Assembly: GCA_020632925.1 (NCBI GenBank)
Contig: JACKER010000007.1
Span: forward strand, 180,910-244,909
From: Alphaproteobacteria bacterium
GTDB taxonomy: Bacteria; Myxococcota_A; UBA796; GCA-2862545
Reading direction: 5' to 3'
DNA length: 64,000 nucleotides
Both the position numbers and the translations under genes were made by a program. The notes under the pieces are model-generated. The model was not told the DNA's origin. It worked only from the letters and a program-made list of their open reading frames with translations, and made no database searches. The stretch's first letter is position 1. Every line of letters begins with the position of its first letter. Shown here piece after piece: positions 43,516 through 54,100 of the stretch.

Positions 43516-44274
43516 ATGGCGCAGGCTCTGGTGCGACCGATCGGCGACAGCTTCCGAGACGCGATCCGGTCGCGGCCCGTGGACATCGACGTCGAACGCG
43601 CCATGGCGCAGCACGCGGCCTACGTGCGTGCCCTGCAGGACCTCGGCTACGCGATCCGGCTGCTGCCGACGGACGAGGCCCTGCCCGACGGGTGCTTCGT
43701 CGAGGACCAGGCGGTCGTCGTGGGGCGGCGCGCGCTGCTCCTCCGGGTCGGTCGTCCCGAGCGGGAGGCGGAGGCCCCGTCGGTGGCGGCGGGCCTTCGC
43801 TCGGCCGGGCTGTCGGTCCTGCGGCAGGAGGCAGGGCGCGTCGACGGGGGCGACGTGCTCCGTGTCGGGAACACCCTGGTGGTCGGCCGCTCGTCTCGCA
43901 CCGACGAGGCCGGCGTCGACGCGTTGCGCGCCGCGTTCCCCGAGCTCGAGGTCCGCGAGGTCGATGTCGCCGAGGGCACGCTGCACCTCAAGTGCCACTG
44001 CTCGTCGCCCGCGCCCGGGCTGGTCCTCGTCGCCGACGGGACCGTCCCACCGACCGCCTTTCACGGCCTCGGGCGGGTGCGGATCACGCCCGCCGAGGAG
44101 GCGTGGGGCGCCAACACGGTGGGACGCGGCGGGAAGGTGCTCGTGGCCGCCGGCTTCCCCGGCGTGAGCGCAGCGCTGCGGGACGAGGGCCTGACGCCGA
44201 TCGAGGTGGTGCTCGACGAGATCGCGAAGGCGGACGGCTCGCCCACCTGCCTGTCGCTCCTGGTGGAGCCGTGA
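43516..44274 (+). CDS. Dimethylarginine dimethylaminohydrolase (DDAH)-like amidinotransferase-superfamily enzyme
   Basis: About 250 aa. LHLKCHCS and a C-terminal active-site Cys in DGSPTCLSLL fit the DDAH pattern. Confidence 0.65.
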   Translation: MAQALVRPIGDSFRDAIRSRPVDIDVERAMAQHAAYVRALQDLGYAIRLLPTDEALPDGCFVEDQAVVVGRRALLLRVGRPEREAEAPSVAAGLRSAGLSVLRQEAGRVDGGDVLRVGNTLVVGRSSRTDEAGVDALRAAFPELEVREVDVAEGTLHLKCHCSSPAPGLVLVADGTVPPTAFHGLGRVRITPAEEAWGANTVGRGGKVLVAAGFPGVSAALRDEGLTPIEVVLDEIAKADGSPTCLSLLVEP

Positions 44275-45074
44275 CGCGCTCCCACCTGCTGATGCGGGCC
44301 GACGACGTCTGCCTGGTGGAGGTCCGGCCGCGCGGCGTCCGCGCCCGGTTGGCCCGCGCCATGGACGAGGGACGGCTGGAGGGCAAGGTCCGTGACGGGG
44401 ACTTCGCCGTGTCGGTGCCCGGCCCCTGGAAGCCGTTGCGTCCCGTGTTCCGGGGCCGTCTGATCGAGGTGCACGGCGGCACGTTGGTGGAGCTGGTGGT
44501 GGTGCCGGACGTGGTGGTGGGCCTGTTCGTCCTGGCCTGCTCGTTGCCGCTGCTCGGTCTGCCGTGGTGGATCGCGGCCTCGGCCTTCGCGGGCGAGGTG
44601 CCACGGGCGTTGAAGGCGCTGGGCGAGACGATCGGGGCGACCGCGATCGGGCACGCCGAGGTGGCCGCGACCCAGCCGCTCGCCGACCCGGAACAGCCCG
44701 GTGCGGAGCGAGGTGCGCCCGCGACGCTGTCGCCTCGGGTCGGGGCCGCCGAAGTGACGTTCTCCGCCGAGGGCTGGAGGCTGCGGGTCTCGCGGGCCCG
44801 TCTGCGCATCCATCCTCCGACGCGACGCGCGCTCGCGGCCGATTGGTCCGAGCTGCGGTCCGTCGAGGTCGTGGGGACCGAGCTCGTGCTCGGCGGCGCG
44901 CGGGGGGCGGTGCGCCTGCCGATGACCGACGTCCCCGACCCACACCGCCAGTGGCTCGCGAGCTACCTCGAGGCCGCTGCGCGCCGGTTCGGCGCACGAG
45001 AGCTCGAGGCTGCCCGCCAGGACGAGGCGCGTCGCCAGCTCGGACAACTGCGGGAGGAGAGGGACCGTCGCTGA
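44271..45074 (+). CDS. Hypothetical membrane protein
   Basis: Start GTG 44271 (GTGA overlap with DDAH). Two TM helices (VVVGLFVLACSLPLLGLPWWIAASAFAG). Charged C-terminal coiled region. Confidence 0.5.
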   Translation: MTRSHLLMRADDVCLVEVRPRGVRARLARAMDEGRLEGKVRDGDFAVSVPGPWKPLRPVFRGRLIEVHGGTLVELVVVPDVVVGLFVLACSLPLLGLPWWIAASAFAGEVPRALKALGETIGATAIGHAEVAATQPLADPEQPGAERGAPATLSPRVGAAEVTFSAEGWRLRVSRARLRIHPPTRRALAADWSELRSVEVVGTELVLGGARGAVRLPMTDVPDPHRQWLASYLEAAARRFGARELEAARQDEARRQLGQLREERDRR

Positions 45075-45121
45075 CCTGGCACGCGGGTGGCGCCGCGGGG
45101 GCCGCACGATAGCGAGCGCTC

Positions 45122-47044
45122 GTGAAGGAACCCGATCTCCCCCCCGACGAGCACGGCAGGCTGGCGGAGCTCCGCGCGCTCGACATCGTCGACACGCCGG
45201 CCGAGCACGCCTACGACGCCATCACCGCCATCGCGTCCCACGTGGCCGGCACGCCCATGGCCCTGGTGTCCCTCGTCGATGCCGACCGCCAGTGGTTCAA
45301 GGCGAAGGTGGGGCTCCAGGCCACGGAGACCCCGCGCAGCATCTCGTTCTGCGGACACGCCGTGGCCAGCGGGACCACGCTGCGGGTCCACGATGCCCGC
45401 GCGGACGACCGCTTCGCGGACAACCCGCTGGTGCTCGGTGAGCCGAAGATCCGCTTCTATCACGGTGTTCCGCTGATCAGCGGCGGACACGCGCTCGGGA
45501 CCCTGTGCGTCCTCGACCGCCAGCCCCGCGTCCTGTCCGAGGAGGTCGAGCGCATGTTGGCGCTGCTCGCGGATCAGGTCGTGAGCCAGTTCGAGCTGCG
45601 GCGCAGGAACCACGAGCTGGAGAGCCAGCGCGCCGAGCTGTCGATCCAGCGACGCTTCTTCGACATGAGCCTGGCGCTCCTGTGCACGGCGGACCGGGAC
45701 CTCCGCTTCCGGTTGCTCAACCCGCGGTGGGAGGTCGTGCTGGGGTGGTCGCTCGAGGAGCTCGCCGAGCGGCCCTTCCTGCACCTGCTCCACCCCGACG
45801 ACGTGGACCGCACCGTCGCCGAAGCGACGCGCCTCGCCGAGCGCAAGACGCCGACGGTGGACTTCGAGAACCGCTTCCGCCACCGGGACGGCCGGTGGAT
45901 CACGCTGTCGTGGGTGGCGGTGCTGGACGGCGAGACCTTCCTGGCCGCGGCCCACGACCTGACGGCCTACCGCGAGAAGGCGGCTGCCCTGGCCGAGAGC
46001 GAGGGGCGGCTCCGAGCGATCGTGGAGACCGCCGCCGACGCTGTCATCACCTTCGACGGTCGCGGCGTCGTCGAGCAGGTCAACCCTACCTGCACCCGCA
46101 TGTTCGGGGCCGGCCCGGACGAGATCGTCGGCCGCCCGGTGTCCGAGCTGGTGGCTCCCTCGCACCGCGACGCCCCCGAGGCCCGGTTCGACCTCGACCT
46201 CGAGGATCCCGACCGTCGCTCCCGCCCGTACGAGTTCCCCGCGATTCGACGGGATGGCACGCTCTTCGACGCCGAGGCGATGGTCGCCCCGTTCCAGCTG
46301 GGTGCCGAGCGGAGGTACACGGCCACCGTCCGCGACATCAGCGAGCGTCGGCGGGCCGAGCGCCGGCAGGCCGAGTTCGTGTCCACCGTGACCCACGAGC
46401 TGCGCACCCCGCTCACCTCCGTCCGCGGGGCGCTGGGCCTCATCGACGGCGGCGTGCTCGGGCCCGTGTCCGAGCCGGTCGCCGAGTACGTCGGGGTGGC
46501 GCTGTCGAACACCGAGCGTCTGGGTCGGCTGATCGACGACGTGCTCGACCTCGAGAAGATGCGCTCCGGCCAGATGGTCTACCGGATGGCTCCCGAGCCC
46601 GTCGCGGCGCTCGTCGACGCCGCCCTCGCCGCCACCGACGGCTTCGCGCGCGAGCACGACGCCGAGGTGGTGGTGATCGGCGACGTGCCAGCGGTCGAGG
46701 TCGTCGTCGACAAGGACCGGATGGTGCAGGTGCTCACCAACCTGATCTCGAACGCGGTGAAGTTCACGCCGTCCGGTCAGCGCGTGGAGCTGTCGGTCGA
46801 GCACGCCGCGGAGCGTCTGCGTCTGCGGATCCGTGACCACGGACCGGGGGTGCCGGCCGGGTTCCGGGATCGGATCTTCCAGCGGTTCGCGCAGGCCGAC
46901 GGGTCGGGGCGCCGGGGCGGTACGGGGCTCGGGCTGAGCATCTCGAAGAGCATCGTGGACCGCCACGGCGGCGTGCTCGCCTTCGAGGACGCACCCGGCG
47001 GCGGCACGATCTTCTACGTCGACCTGTTCGCGAGGGAGCCATGA
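45122..47044 (+). CDS. Sensor histidine kinase (GAF-PAS-PAS-HisKA-HATPase)
   Basis: N-terminal GAF domain, two PAS regions, H-box VTHELRTPL, N-box LISNAVKFT and G-boxes DHGPGV / GTGLGLSISKSIV. Confidence 0.9.
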   Translation: MKEPDLPPDEHGRLAELRALDIVDTPAEHAYDAITAIASHVAGTPMALVSLVDADRQWFKAKVGLQATETPRSISFCGHAVASGTTLRVHDARADDRFADNPLVLGEPKIRFYHGVPLISGGHALGTLCVLDRQPRVLSEEVERMLALLADQVVSQFELRRRNHELESQRAELSIQRRFFDMSLALLCTADRDLRFRLLNPRWEVVLGWSLEELAERPFLHLLHPDDVDRTVAEATRLAERKTPTVDFENRFRHRDGRWITLSWVAVLDGETFLAAAHDLTAYREKAAALAESEGRLRAIVETAADAVITFDGRGVVEQVNPTCTRMFGAGPDEIVGRPVSELVAPSHRDAPEARFDLDLEDPDRRSRPYEFPAIRRDGTLFDAEAMVAPFQLGAERRYTATVRDISERRRAERRQAEFVSTVTHELRTPLTSVRGALGLIDGGVLGPVSEPVAEYVGVALSNTERLGRLIDDVLDLEKMRSGQMVYRMAPEPVAALVDAALAATDGFAREHDAEVVVIGDVPAVEVVVDKDRMVQVLTNLISNAVKFTPSGQRVELSVEHAAERLRLRIRDHGPGVPAGFRDRIFQRFAQADGSGRRGGTGLGLSISKSIVDRHGGVLAFEDAPGGGTIFYVDLFAREP

Positions 47045-47400
47045 AGGTCCTGTTGGTGGACGACGAGGCGGACATCCGTCGGATCGCGGAGCTGAGCCTG
47101 CGGAACCTCGGCGGGCACGAGGTCGTCGCGGCTTCGTCCGGCGCCGAGGCGTTGGCGAGCGTGGAGGGCATCAGCCCCGACGTCGTCTTGATGGACGTGA
47201 CCATGCCCGACCTCGACGGGCTCGCGGTCCTCGCGGAGGTCCGGCGCCGCGGGCTGGCGGTGCCCGTGGTGTTCATGACGGCCCGCGTCCAACCCTCGGA
47301 CCGGGAGCGCTACCTCTCGGCGGGCGCCGTCGGTGTGATCGAGAAGCCGTTCGACCCCATGACCCTCCACGCCGCGCTGAGGCGGATCGTCGGGGGCTGA
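47041..47400 (+). CDS. Single-domain response regulator (CheY-like receiver)
   Basis: ATG overlaps the kinase stop (ATGA). VLLVDDE, MDVTMPDLDG and the conserved K in EKPFDP. Confidence 0.92.
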   Translation: MKVLLVDDEADIRRIAELSLRNLGGHEVVAASSGAEALASVEGISPDVVLMDVTMPDLDGLAVLAEVRRRGLAVPVVFMTARVQPSDRERYLSAGAVGVIEKPFDPMTLHAALRRIVGG

Positions 47401-47407
47401 GCGCTCC

Positions 47408-49642
47408 CTACGGCCCGTCCGACATGCGGCGGTGGATCCGGCGCCGGGCGGTCTCGAGCGCAGCGCGGAGGGCGATGGCCTCGACCTCCGTCGGGGATCC
47501 GCCCTCGCGGACCGCGTCCTCCATCGCCGCGGCGAGGCGGGTCACCTCCGGCGCTCCGTACATCGAAGCGGACCCGCGCAGCCGATGGGCGCACCGTGCG
47601 ACCCCCTCCGTGTCGCGGCGCGCGACGCAGGTGGCGATCTCCTCCACGAGCTCGCTCGCCGTCGCGAGGAAGTCCCGCAGCATGGCGTCACGGCCGTCCC
47701 CCGCCAGCACCGTCAGGTCGCGCAGCGCCTTGTCCGCCGCCACCTCGTCCGCGGAGACCACGGTGTCCACCGGGTCCGGGAGCGACCCGCGGAGCCCGTC
47801 GAGGAGCCTCCCCGCGTCGATGGGCTTGTCCACGAAGCCGTCCGCGCCCGCCGCGACGCAGGCCGCCCGCTGCGCCGGGGTGACGCTCGCGCTGACGACC
47901 AGGATGCGTGGCTGGTGGGTGGCGTCGGCTCGGATCCGCCGGATCGCCTCGATGCCGTCGAAGGTCGGCAGTCGGAGGTCCATCAGCACCACGTCGAAGG
48001 GCTGGGCGCAGGCCGTCGCCACCGCCGGTGGGCCGTCGTCCACCACGTCGGGTCGTTGCCCCAGCCCCGACAGGAGCAGCACGAGGATCTCCTGGTTGAT
48101 CGGGTCGTCCTCCACGACCAGGATGCGCATCGGCGCAAGCCTCGGCGCGAGCCTGGCGCGGTGCCGGTCCTCGGCGAGCATCTCCATCCACTCGGACCGC
48201 CGGAAGGGCAGACGGAGCAGCCGCGCGGGTGCCGGCAGGTCGTCGGGCGCCGGGCTCGCCGCATCGACGAGCAGGGCGAACCGGCCGTCGACCTCGGCGG
48301 CGACGGAGCGCCAGTCGGGCCACGTGGCAGACACCACGACCACGTCGGTGTCCTGGAGCGCCGTCGGCTCTGTCGCCACCACCACGCCCCACCCCTCGAG
48401 GACGGCGGTGATGGCGGACCGCGTGCGTTCCTCGGCCACCAGCAGACCGACCCGCTGCCCCACCGCGTTCCGGCCTGGCAGGGACGAGATCTCGTCCACG
48501 GGGATCTCGGCCCGGAGGCAGTGCATCCCGCCGCTGCTCGGCGCGACCGTCGCGATCGTGGCGTCGAGCCGCCGCGCCAGGTCCTCGCCCAGCGCGAGCG
48601 CCAGGCGAACGTCTCCGTCCCGGGTGTCGTCGCGGCGCGTGAACTCCACGTCGAGGACCACCGCGTGGACGCCGGACCGCGTCACCCGGACCTCGACGAA
48701 GCCGTCGCGGGCATGGCCGACCGCGTGCGAGACCAGGTGGCCCACCAGCTGCTCGAAGGGCGCGGCGTCCACCAGGATGCGGTCGGGCACGCTCCGTTCG
48801 CAGCGCCACACGAGCTCGACGCGGCGGTTCGCGGCCTCCACCGCGAGGACGTCCAACACCCCCTCGACGACGTCGAGGATCTCGACGGGCCCCTCGTCGC
48901 CCTTCCGTTCCTGGTGACGGAGCACGGTCTCGATCACGGCCAGCAGGTTCGAGGCGCTCCGATGGACCGTGTCCACGCTCCGCCGCTGATGGGGATCCTG
49001 GAGCGTGGCGCCGAGGTGGTCGGACAGCGTCAGGATCGCGTGGAGCGGTGTCCGCAGCTCGTGGCCCAGGCCCTCGAGGAGCCGGTCCTTCGCGCGGGCC
49101 TCCGCCAGCGCCGCATCGCGGGCTTCCGCCAGCGCCGCCGCCTGCTGGTCGTAGACCTCGCGGACCACCGCGGAGACCCAGGTCACCACGCCCACCAGGG
49201 CGATCTGGCCGAACGCGACCTCGGCTCCGACCGACACGAACTCGGGCGTGAGTGGGACGATCCGGACGGACCCGTGGATGGCGATCACCGCCGCGGCGGC
49301 CGCCGCGCTCCAGCCCAGCGTGGCGCGTCGGTCGCCCACCCAGGCCGCCGCGAGCGGCAGCGCCGCGAGGTACCAGGTCGCCATCGCGCGATCCTGGCCG
49401 GACCAGGCGGCGACCCCCAGCAGGCCCAGCAGGTTCCCGCAGAGCAGCGCGGCGCCGGCCCAGCGCGCCCCGCGCCCCGCCACGGTCCAGCTCACGAGCA
49501 TCCCGGCCGCGACCGCCAGGTCGAGCGCGGCGACGCGGAGGTGCCCCTCCACCAGGTAGAGGGCGGCGAACAGGAGCCACGCCGCCGCGCTGACGACCGC
49601 CAGCGTCCGCACGCGGCTCTCCCTGGTCTGCTCGTTCGTCAC
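47408..49642 (-). CDS. Hybrid histidine kinase with membrane N-terminus, HisKA, receiver and C-terminal HPt domain
   Basis: Start GTG 49642 overlaps the upstream regulator stop (GTGA). About 6 TM helices, GHELRTPL H-box, receiver ILVVEDDP...VLMDLRLPTFDG, and HPt motif AHRLRGSASMYGA. The ATP-binding G-boxes are poorly conserved. Confidence 0.8.
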   Translation of the reverse strand: MTNEQTRESRVRTLAVVSAAAWLLFAALYLVEGHLRVAALDLAVAAGMLVSWTVAGRGARWAGAALLCGNLLGLLGVAAWSGQDRAMATWYLAALPLAAAWVGDRRATLGWSAAAAAAVIAIHGSVRIVPLTPEFVSVGAEVAFGQIALVGVVTWVSAVVREVYDQQAAALAEARDAALAEARAKDRLLEGLGHELRTPLHAILTLSDHLGATLQDPHQRRSVDTVHRSASNLLAVIETVLRHQERKGDEGPVEILDVVEGVLDVLAVEAANRRVELVWRCERSVPDRILVDAAPFEQLVGHLVSHAVGHARDGFVEVRVTRSGVHAVVLDVEFTRRDDTRDGDVRLALALGEDLARRLDATIATVAPSSGGMHCLRAEIPVDEISSLPGRNAVGQRVGLLVAEERTRSAITAVLEGWGVVVATEPTALQDTDVVVVSATWPDWRSVAAEVDGRFALLVDAASPAPDDLPAPARLLRLPFRRSEWMEMLAEDRHRARLAPRLAPMRILVVEDDPINQEILVLLLSGLGQRPDVVDDGPPAVATACAQPFDVVLMDLRLPTFDGIEAIRRIRADATHQPRILVVSASVTPAQRAACVAAGADGFVDKPIDAGRLLDGLRGSLPDPVDTVVSADEVAADKALRDLTVLAGDGRDAMLRDFLATASELVEEIATCVARRDTEGVARCAHRLRGSASMYGAPEVTRLAAAMEDAVREGGSPTEVEAIALRAALETARRRIHRRMSDGP

Positions 49643-51036
49643 CGCCGGGCGAGCAGCGCGTGGATCCGCGCGCGGAACAGCCGGGTCCCGAACGGCTTGA
49701 CGATGTAGTCGTCGGCGCCGGCCTCGAACGCCGCCGCGAGGTGAGCCTCGGCGCCGAGGGACGTGCACATCGCGATCGGCGTCCGCGCGTGCCGCGGCTG
49801 GGCGCGGATCAGCTCGAGCGCCTCGAGCCCGCTCATCTCGGGCATCTGGATGTCCAGCAGGATGAGCGCGTAGGGCGCGGCGTCGGCGGCCTCGACCGCC
49901 TGGCGCCCGTCACCCACCACGTCCACGTCGAGCTCCAGCTCGGCCAGCAGCCGCTCGAGGACGTGGGCCACCGCGCGGTCGTCCTCTGCGACGAGGACCC
50001 GCGCCCGGCCCTTGCCACGGAGCGCGGAGATGACGACGCTCTCGCCGGAGGTGTCCGCCAGCAGCGCCATCCGCTGCCCCACCTTCACGGCTTCGGCGGG
50101 GGCCTGGTCCCGCGCGATCACCCCTCCCGCCACCCAGACGCTGCCGCTGACGGCCTGGTGCCCGACGAACGCGAGCAGGGTGGCGCGCAGGTCGGCCTCG
50201 GGTGGGGCCGGACTCGCCACCACCGCCAGCCCGTCGCGCCACCGGACGACCGTGGCGCCCGACAGGACGCGCTTCGCGACCCTCTGCGCCGCGTCCAGGT
50301 CGGAGGGCTCCCGGTCCAGCGTACGGAGCACGACGAAGGCCCAGGGGCCACCCTTCCGCGCGGCCTCCAGCAGCTCCCTGAGGGAGTCCGGGGCAGCACC
50401 CGCATCGCCGCCGGGGCGGAACGACGCCACCGCCGCCGTGATCGCGTCGGGCGTCACGGGCTTCGCGTAGACCTCCCGGGCTCCCAGCGCCAGGCACTCG
50501 GCGCGGATGGTGGCGGCGGAGGCGCCCGACAGCACCATGATCGGCAGCCCACGCAGGCGCTCGTCCTCCGCCCACTCCGCCAGGAGCTCACGCCCGTCCT
50601 CGTCCGGGAGCATCAGGTCGAGGACCACCACGGCGGGCCGCGCGCGCGACACGCTCGCACGGGCCTCGGCGGCGGTGCGCACCCAGGTGACCACGCTCCC
50701 CAGCCGTGCCTCGAGCGCGAGCCGCAGCACGTCCGCCTGCAGCTTGTCGTCCTCCACCAGCAGGACCCCGCCACCGTGGACGGCCACGCCGGAGGAGGCA
50801 GCTCGCAGGGCGCCCACCAGCTGATCGGCAGCCTCCCCCAGGACCTCCGGTGGCGCTCCCTCGACCGCCGCGCAGGCCCGCGCGACCTCGGGTCGGTGCG
50901 CGCCGAGGGTCGCGCCGATGTGCCTCGCGAGGCGCAGGAGCGAGGTGGCGCCGCTGGGGCGACCCGCGGCGAGCTCGGTCCTCGCGAGCTTGATCGCCTC
51001 CAACATCTCCGGGATGCGCGCGTCGTGGCTGCTCAT
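49639..51036 (-). CDS. Response regulator with two receiver domains
   Basis: REC1 VLLVEDDKL...VLDLMLPDEDG...KP. REC2 VLVAEDDRA...LLDIQMPEMSG...KPF. The central segment between them is unassigned. Confidence 0.8.
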   Translation of the reverse strand: MSSHDARIPEMLEAIKLARTELAAGRPSGATSLLRLARHIGATLGAHRPEVARACAAVEGAPPEVLGEAADQLVGALRAASSGVAVHGGGVLLVEDDKLQADVLRLALEARLGSVVTWVRTAAEARASVSRARPAVVVLDLMLPDEDGRELLAEWAEDERLRGLPIMVLSGASAATIRAECLALGAREVYAKPVTPDAITAAVASFRPGGDAGAAPDSLRELLEAARKGGPWAFVVLRTLDREPSDLDAAQRVAKRVLSGATVVRWRDGLAVVASPAPPEADLRATLLAFVGHQAVSGSVWVAGGVIARDQAPAEAVKVGQRMALLADTSGESVVISALRGKGRARVLVAEDDRAVAHVLERLLAELELDVDVVGDGRQAVEAADAAPYALILLDIQMPEMSGLEALELIRAQPRHARTPIAMCTSLGAEAHLAAAFEAGADDYIVKPFGTRLFRARIHALLARR

Positions 51037-51126
51037 GGTCCGTCCGGGTGGGCGGTCATCATAGCTTCGCGGGGCGGTGGCTCCGGGCCGTTGACAGGCC
51101 AGGGGCCGTCATCGACCATCGCGCAC

Positions 51127-54100
51127 ATGGACGGGCTTGGGCCGTGGGTCCTGGGGACCGAGCTCGGACGGGGTGCCGAGGGAGTGGTGTGGCGCTGCCA
51201 CCACCGCGACCAGCCCGATCGCGTCGGAGCGCTCAAGCTCGCGCACGCCCGGCCGCGCGACCCGCGGCACGCCGCCCGCCAGCTCGCGCTGCTCCGTGCC
51301 CTCGACCACCCGGGCGTGCTGCCCGTGTGGGATGCGGGGGAGCGCGAGGGGCAGCCGTGGATCGTGTCTCCGCTCGCGGAGGGGACCTCGGTCCTCGCCT
51401 TGCGGACCGACCCCCCGCAGCCCGAGGCGGTCGTGCTGTCGGTGGGGGCTCAGCTGGCGGAGATCCTGGCGCACGCCCACGCGCGCGGGGTGTGGCACCG
51501 CGACCTCAAGCCCGCGAACCTCGTGGTCCGCCCCGACGGGCGGCTGGTTGTGCTGGACTTCGGTTGCGCCGCGGCCGGCTTCCTCACGGCGCTCACCGCC
51601 ACCGGCGACCGCGCCCCGGGCACCCCGGAGTACGCACCGCCGGAGTGGTTCCTGGCGGACGGGGATCCCGCGGCGCACGACCTGTACGCGCTCGGGGTGC
51701 TGCTGGTGGAGCTCCTCGACGGGCGGCCCGCCTTCGCCCCGATGCTGCTCGACGACCTCGTGGAGCACAAGCTCGCCGGCCCCCTGCGCCCCGAGCGCGG
51801 CCCCGCGGTCGTCGCGGCGCTGGCGATGGCGCTCACCGACCCGGACCCCACGCGTCGTCCCGGCGCCGACGAGGCGCGAGCCGTGCTCGCCCCGTGGGCG
51901 GCACCGATCGCACCGGTCTCCGACGCCACCTGGGCCCCCGAGGTCGGGCCGAGCGTCCCGGCGCCCGTGGCGCGCGTCGGTCGGTACGAGGTCCTCGGCG
52001 AGCTCGGTCGCGGCGGGATGGGGGTGGTGTACCGCGCCCGCGATCCCGAGCTGCAGCGCGAGGTGGCCGTCAAGGTCGCGGGGGTGGCGGGATCGAGCCG
52101 CGGGCGGGCGGCGCGCGTGGACCACCTCCTGAGCGAGGCCCGCGCGATCGCGCGCTTCGACCATCCGAACCTGGTACGCGTCCTGGACGCGGGGCGGCAC
52201 GACGGCGGCGTGTTCTTCGCGATGGAGCTGGTCGACGGCCCCGATCTCGGGGCAGTGCTGCGGGAGCGGGGCACCCCGCCGCTCGACCAGGCGCTCGCCT
52301 GGACACTGGCGATCGGGCGCGCACTCGCCCATGCCCACGCGGCGGGCGTCGTGCACCGCGACGTGAAGCCGGGCAACGTGCTGCTGGATCCATCGGGCTC
52401 GCCGCGGCTCACGGATCTCGGGCTCGCGGTGGAGGCCCACACCGGCGCGGCGGCCGCCGGCACGCCCGGGTACATGGCGCCCGAGCAGGCCCACGGCGAC
52501 GAGGTGGGGCCGCAGGCCGACGTCTACGGGTTGGGGGCGGTCCTGTACGAGCTGCTCACGGGGACGTTGCCCCATGGCCGAGGGCACGCGCTCCAGCTGC
52601 TGCATCGCACGACCACGCTCGACCCACCGCCGGTGCGCTCGCGGGCGCCCGGTCTGCCCGCCGATCTCGACGACGTCCTGAGGACCGCGCTCGACCGCGA
52701 CCCGGCCCGTCGCTACCCCGACGCCGGCAGCCTGTGTGCGGATCTCGAGCGGGTCCGGCGAGGGGAGCCCGTGGCCTGCGTCCCCCAGCCGCTCCGGAGG
52801 AGGCTCGGGTGGCAGCTTCGGCGGCGGCGGACCGCCGTGGTCGTCCTGGGCGTCGCGATCGCTGCCGTTGGCCTGGTGGTGGGGGTGCCGGCGGCGCGTC
52901 GTGCGCTCCGCGAGCGGGATGCGGCGTCTCGGCTGGAGGTCGTGGAGGCGCGCATCGACCAGGCGCGCGCGGAGGGGGACGAGGGCCGGGCCCGCGAGCT
53001 GTTCGACGCGTTCGTGACGCTCCCCGCCAACGAGGGGACGGCGGCGCTCGGGCGGGCCTGGCTGTGGCGTGCCGATCGGGACGGGGACGTCGAGTCGCTG
53101 CTCGAGGCGTACGCGGTGTCCACGCGCGCCGCGGATCAGCGGGAGGCCCTGCTCCGCGTCGCGCAGCGGTACGAGCAGGAGGGCCTGCTGGACGAGCTCG
53201 CGGGGGTGCTGGCGATCGCCGGCCAGCGCGGGCTGGTCGACGAGGGCTTCGATCGCGTCCTCGCCGCCCTCGAGGTGGCGTCCCGCCGGCCGGTGGCGCC
53301 CGACCGGCTCGGGACCGCGGACGACCTCGCTCCGCTCGTCGGGCTGCTCGCCCACGTCACCACGACCGCGCACCTCGTCCGCGACGTGCTGGTGGTGGGG
53401 GACGACGCCGTCGTCATCGCGGTCGATCCCGAGGGCCGGGCGGCACGGCTCGCGCGCGACCTCGGCGCCGCGACCCCGCTGGACCTCCCTTCGGGCACCG
53501 TGCGGGCCGTGCGCGGTCCGGGGCCTCCCTGGGTCGCGGTGGTGGGCGCAGCGGACGTCCAGGTGGGCGAGGTCGCGGGCGCCACCTTCCGGTCGGTGAT
53601 GTCCTGGCCCGGGCCGGAGCGGATCGGTGGGCACGGCCTGGCGCGCGCGGATCTCGATCGCGACGGTCGCCCCGAGCTCTACATCGGTCACGGGGACCGG
53701 CGGGTGACGGGCATGCACCTCGACGAAGGCGGCACCTGGGTCCCCTTCGAGCCGCTCCCCGAGTTCCGGTGGGCCAACTCGGCCCCGGTGGCCCTGGACG
53801 CCGTGGACGCCGGGGCGGCGCTCGCGGTCGCGACGCGGGGTTGGGGCCTGTACGACGCGCGGGTGTACGGGGCGCCGGTGTCCGACGAGGGCCGCCCGAG
53901 CCGATGGACCCGCGTCCGTGCGGGCAGCGTGTCCGACGTGGCCGGGCTGCGCGGACCGCAGGGGTGGCGGGTGCTCGCCCCCGTCGGAGGTCCGATCCCC
54001 AACCGCGACGTGTGGCCTGCGTCGCTGGGTCCCGACGGGCCTCCGCCGGTGGTCCGCGTGATCGAGGCCGACGGGACGACCACGCAGGTGGTGGCCGGCC

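Noticed and set aside
42477-44270. Upstream 598 codons of +ORF 42477..45074
   Set aside because: Antisense to the aldolase and in a different frame from the DDAH gene. Junk composition. Only the terminal 267 codons (44271..45074) form a plausible membrane protein.
47688-49580. 630-aa minus ORF and 758-aa plus ORF 47432..49708 overlapping the hybrid histidine kinase
   Set aside because: The frame chosen (47408..49642, minus) contains the HisKA H-box, receiver and HPt motifs. The alternatives are R/P/G-rich with no motifs.
49660-51126. Upstream 489 codons of the giant +ORF 49660..56019 preceding ATG 51127
   Set aside because: Antisense to the double-receiver response regulator (clear DD...D...K receiver motifs) and artefact-like in composition. 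The kinase begins at the first ATG with kinase-domain context (MDGLGPWVLGTELGRGAEG).
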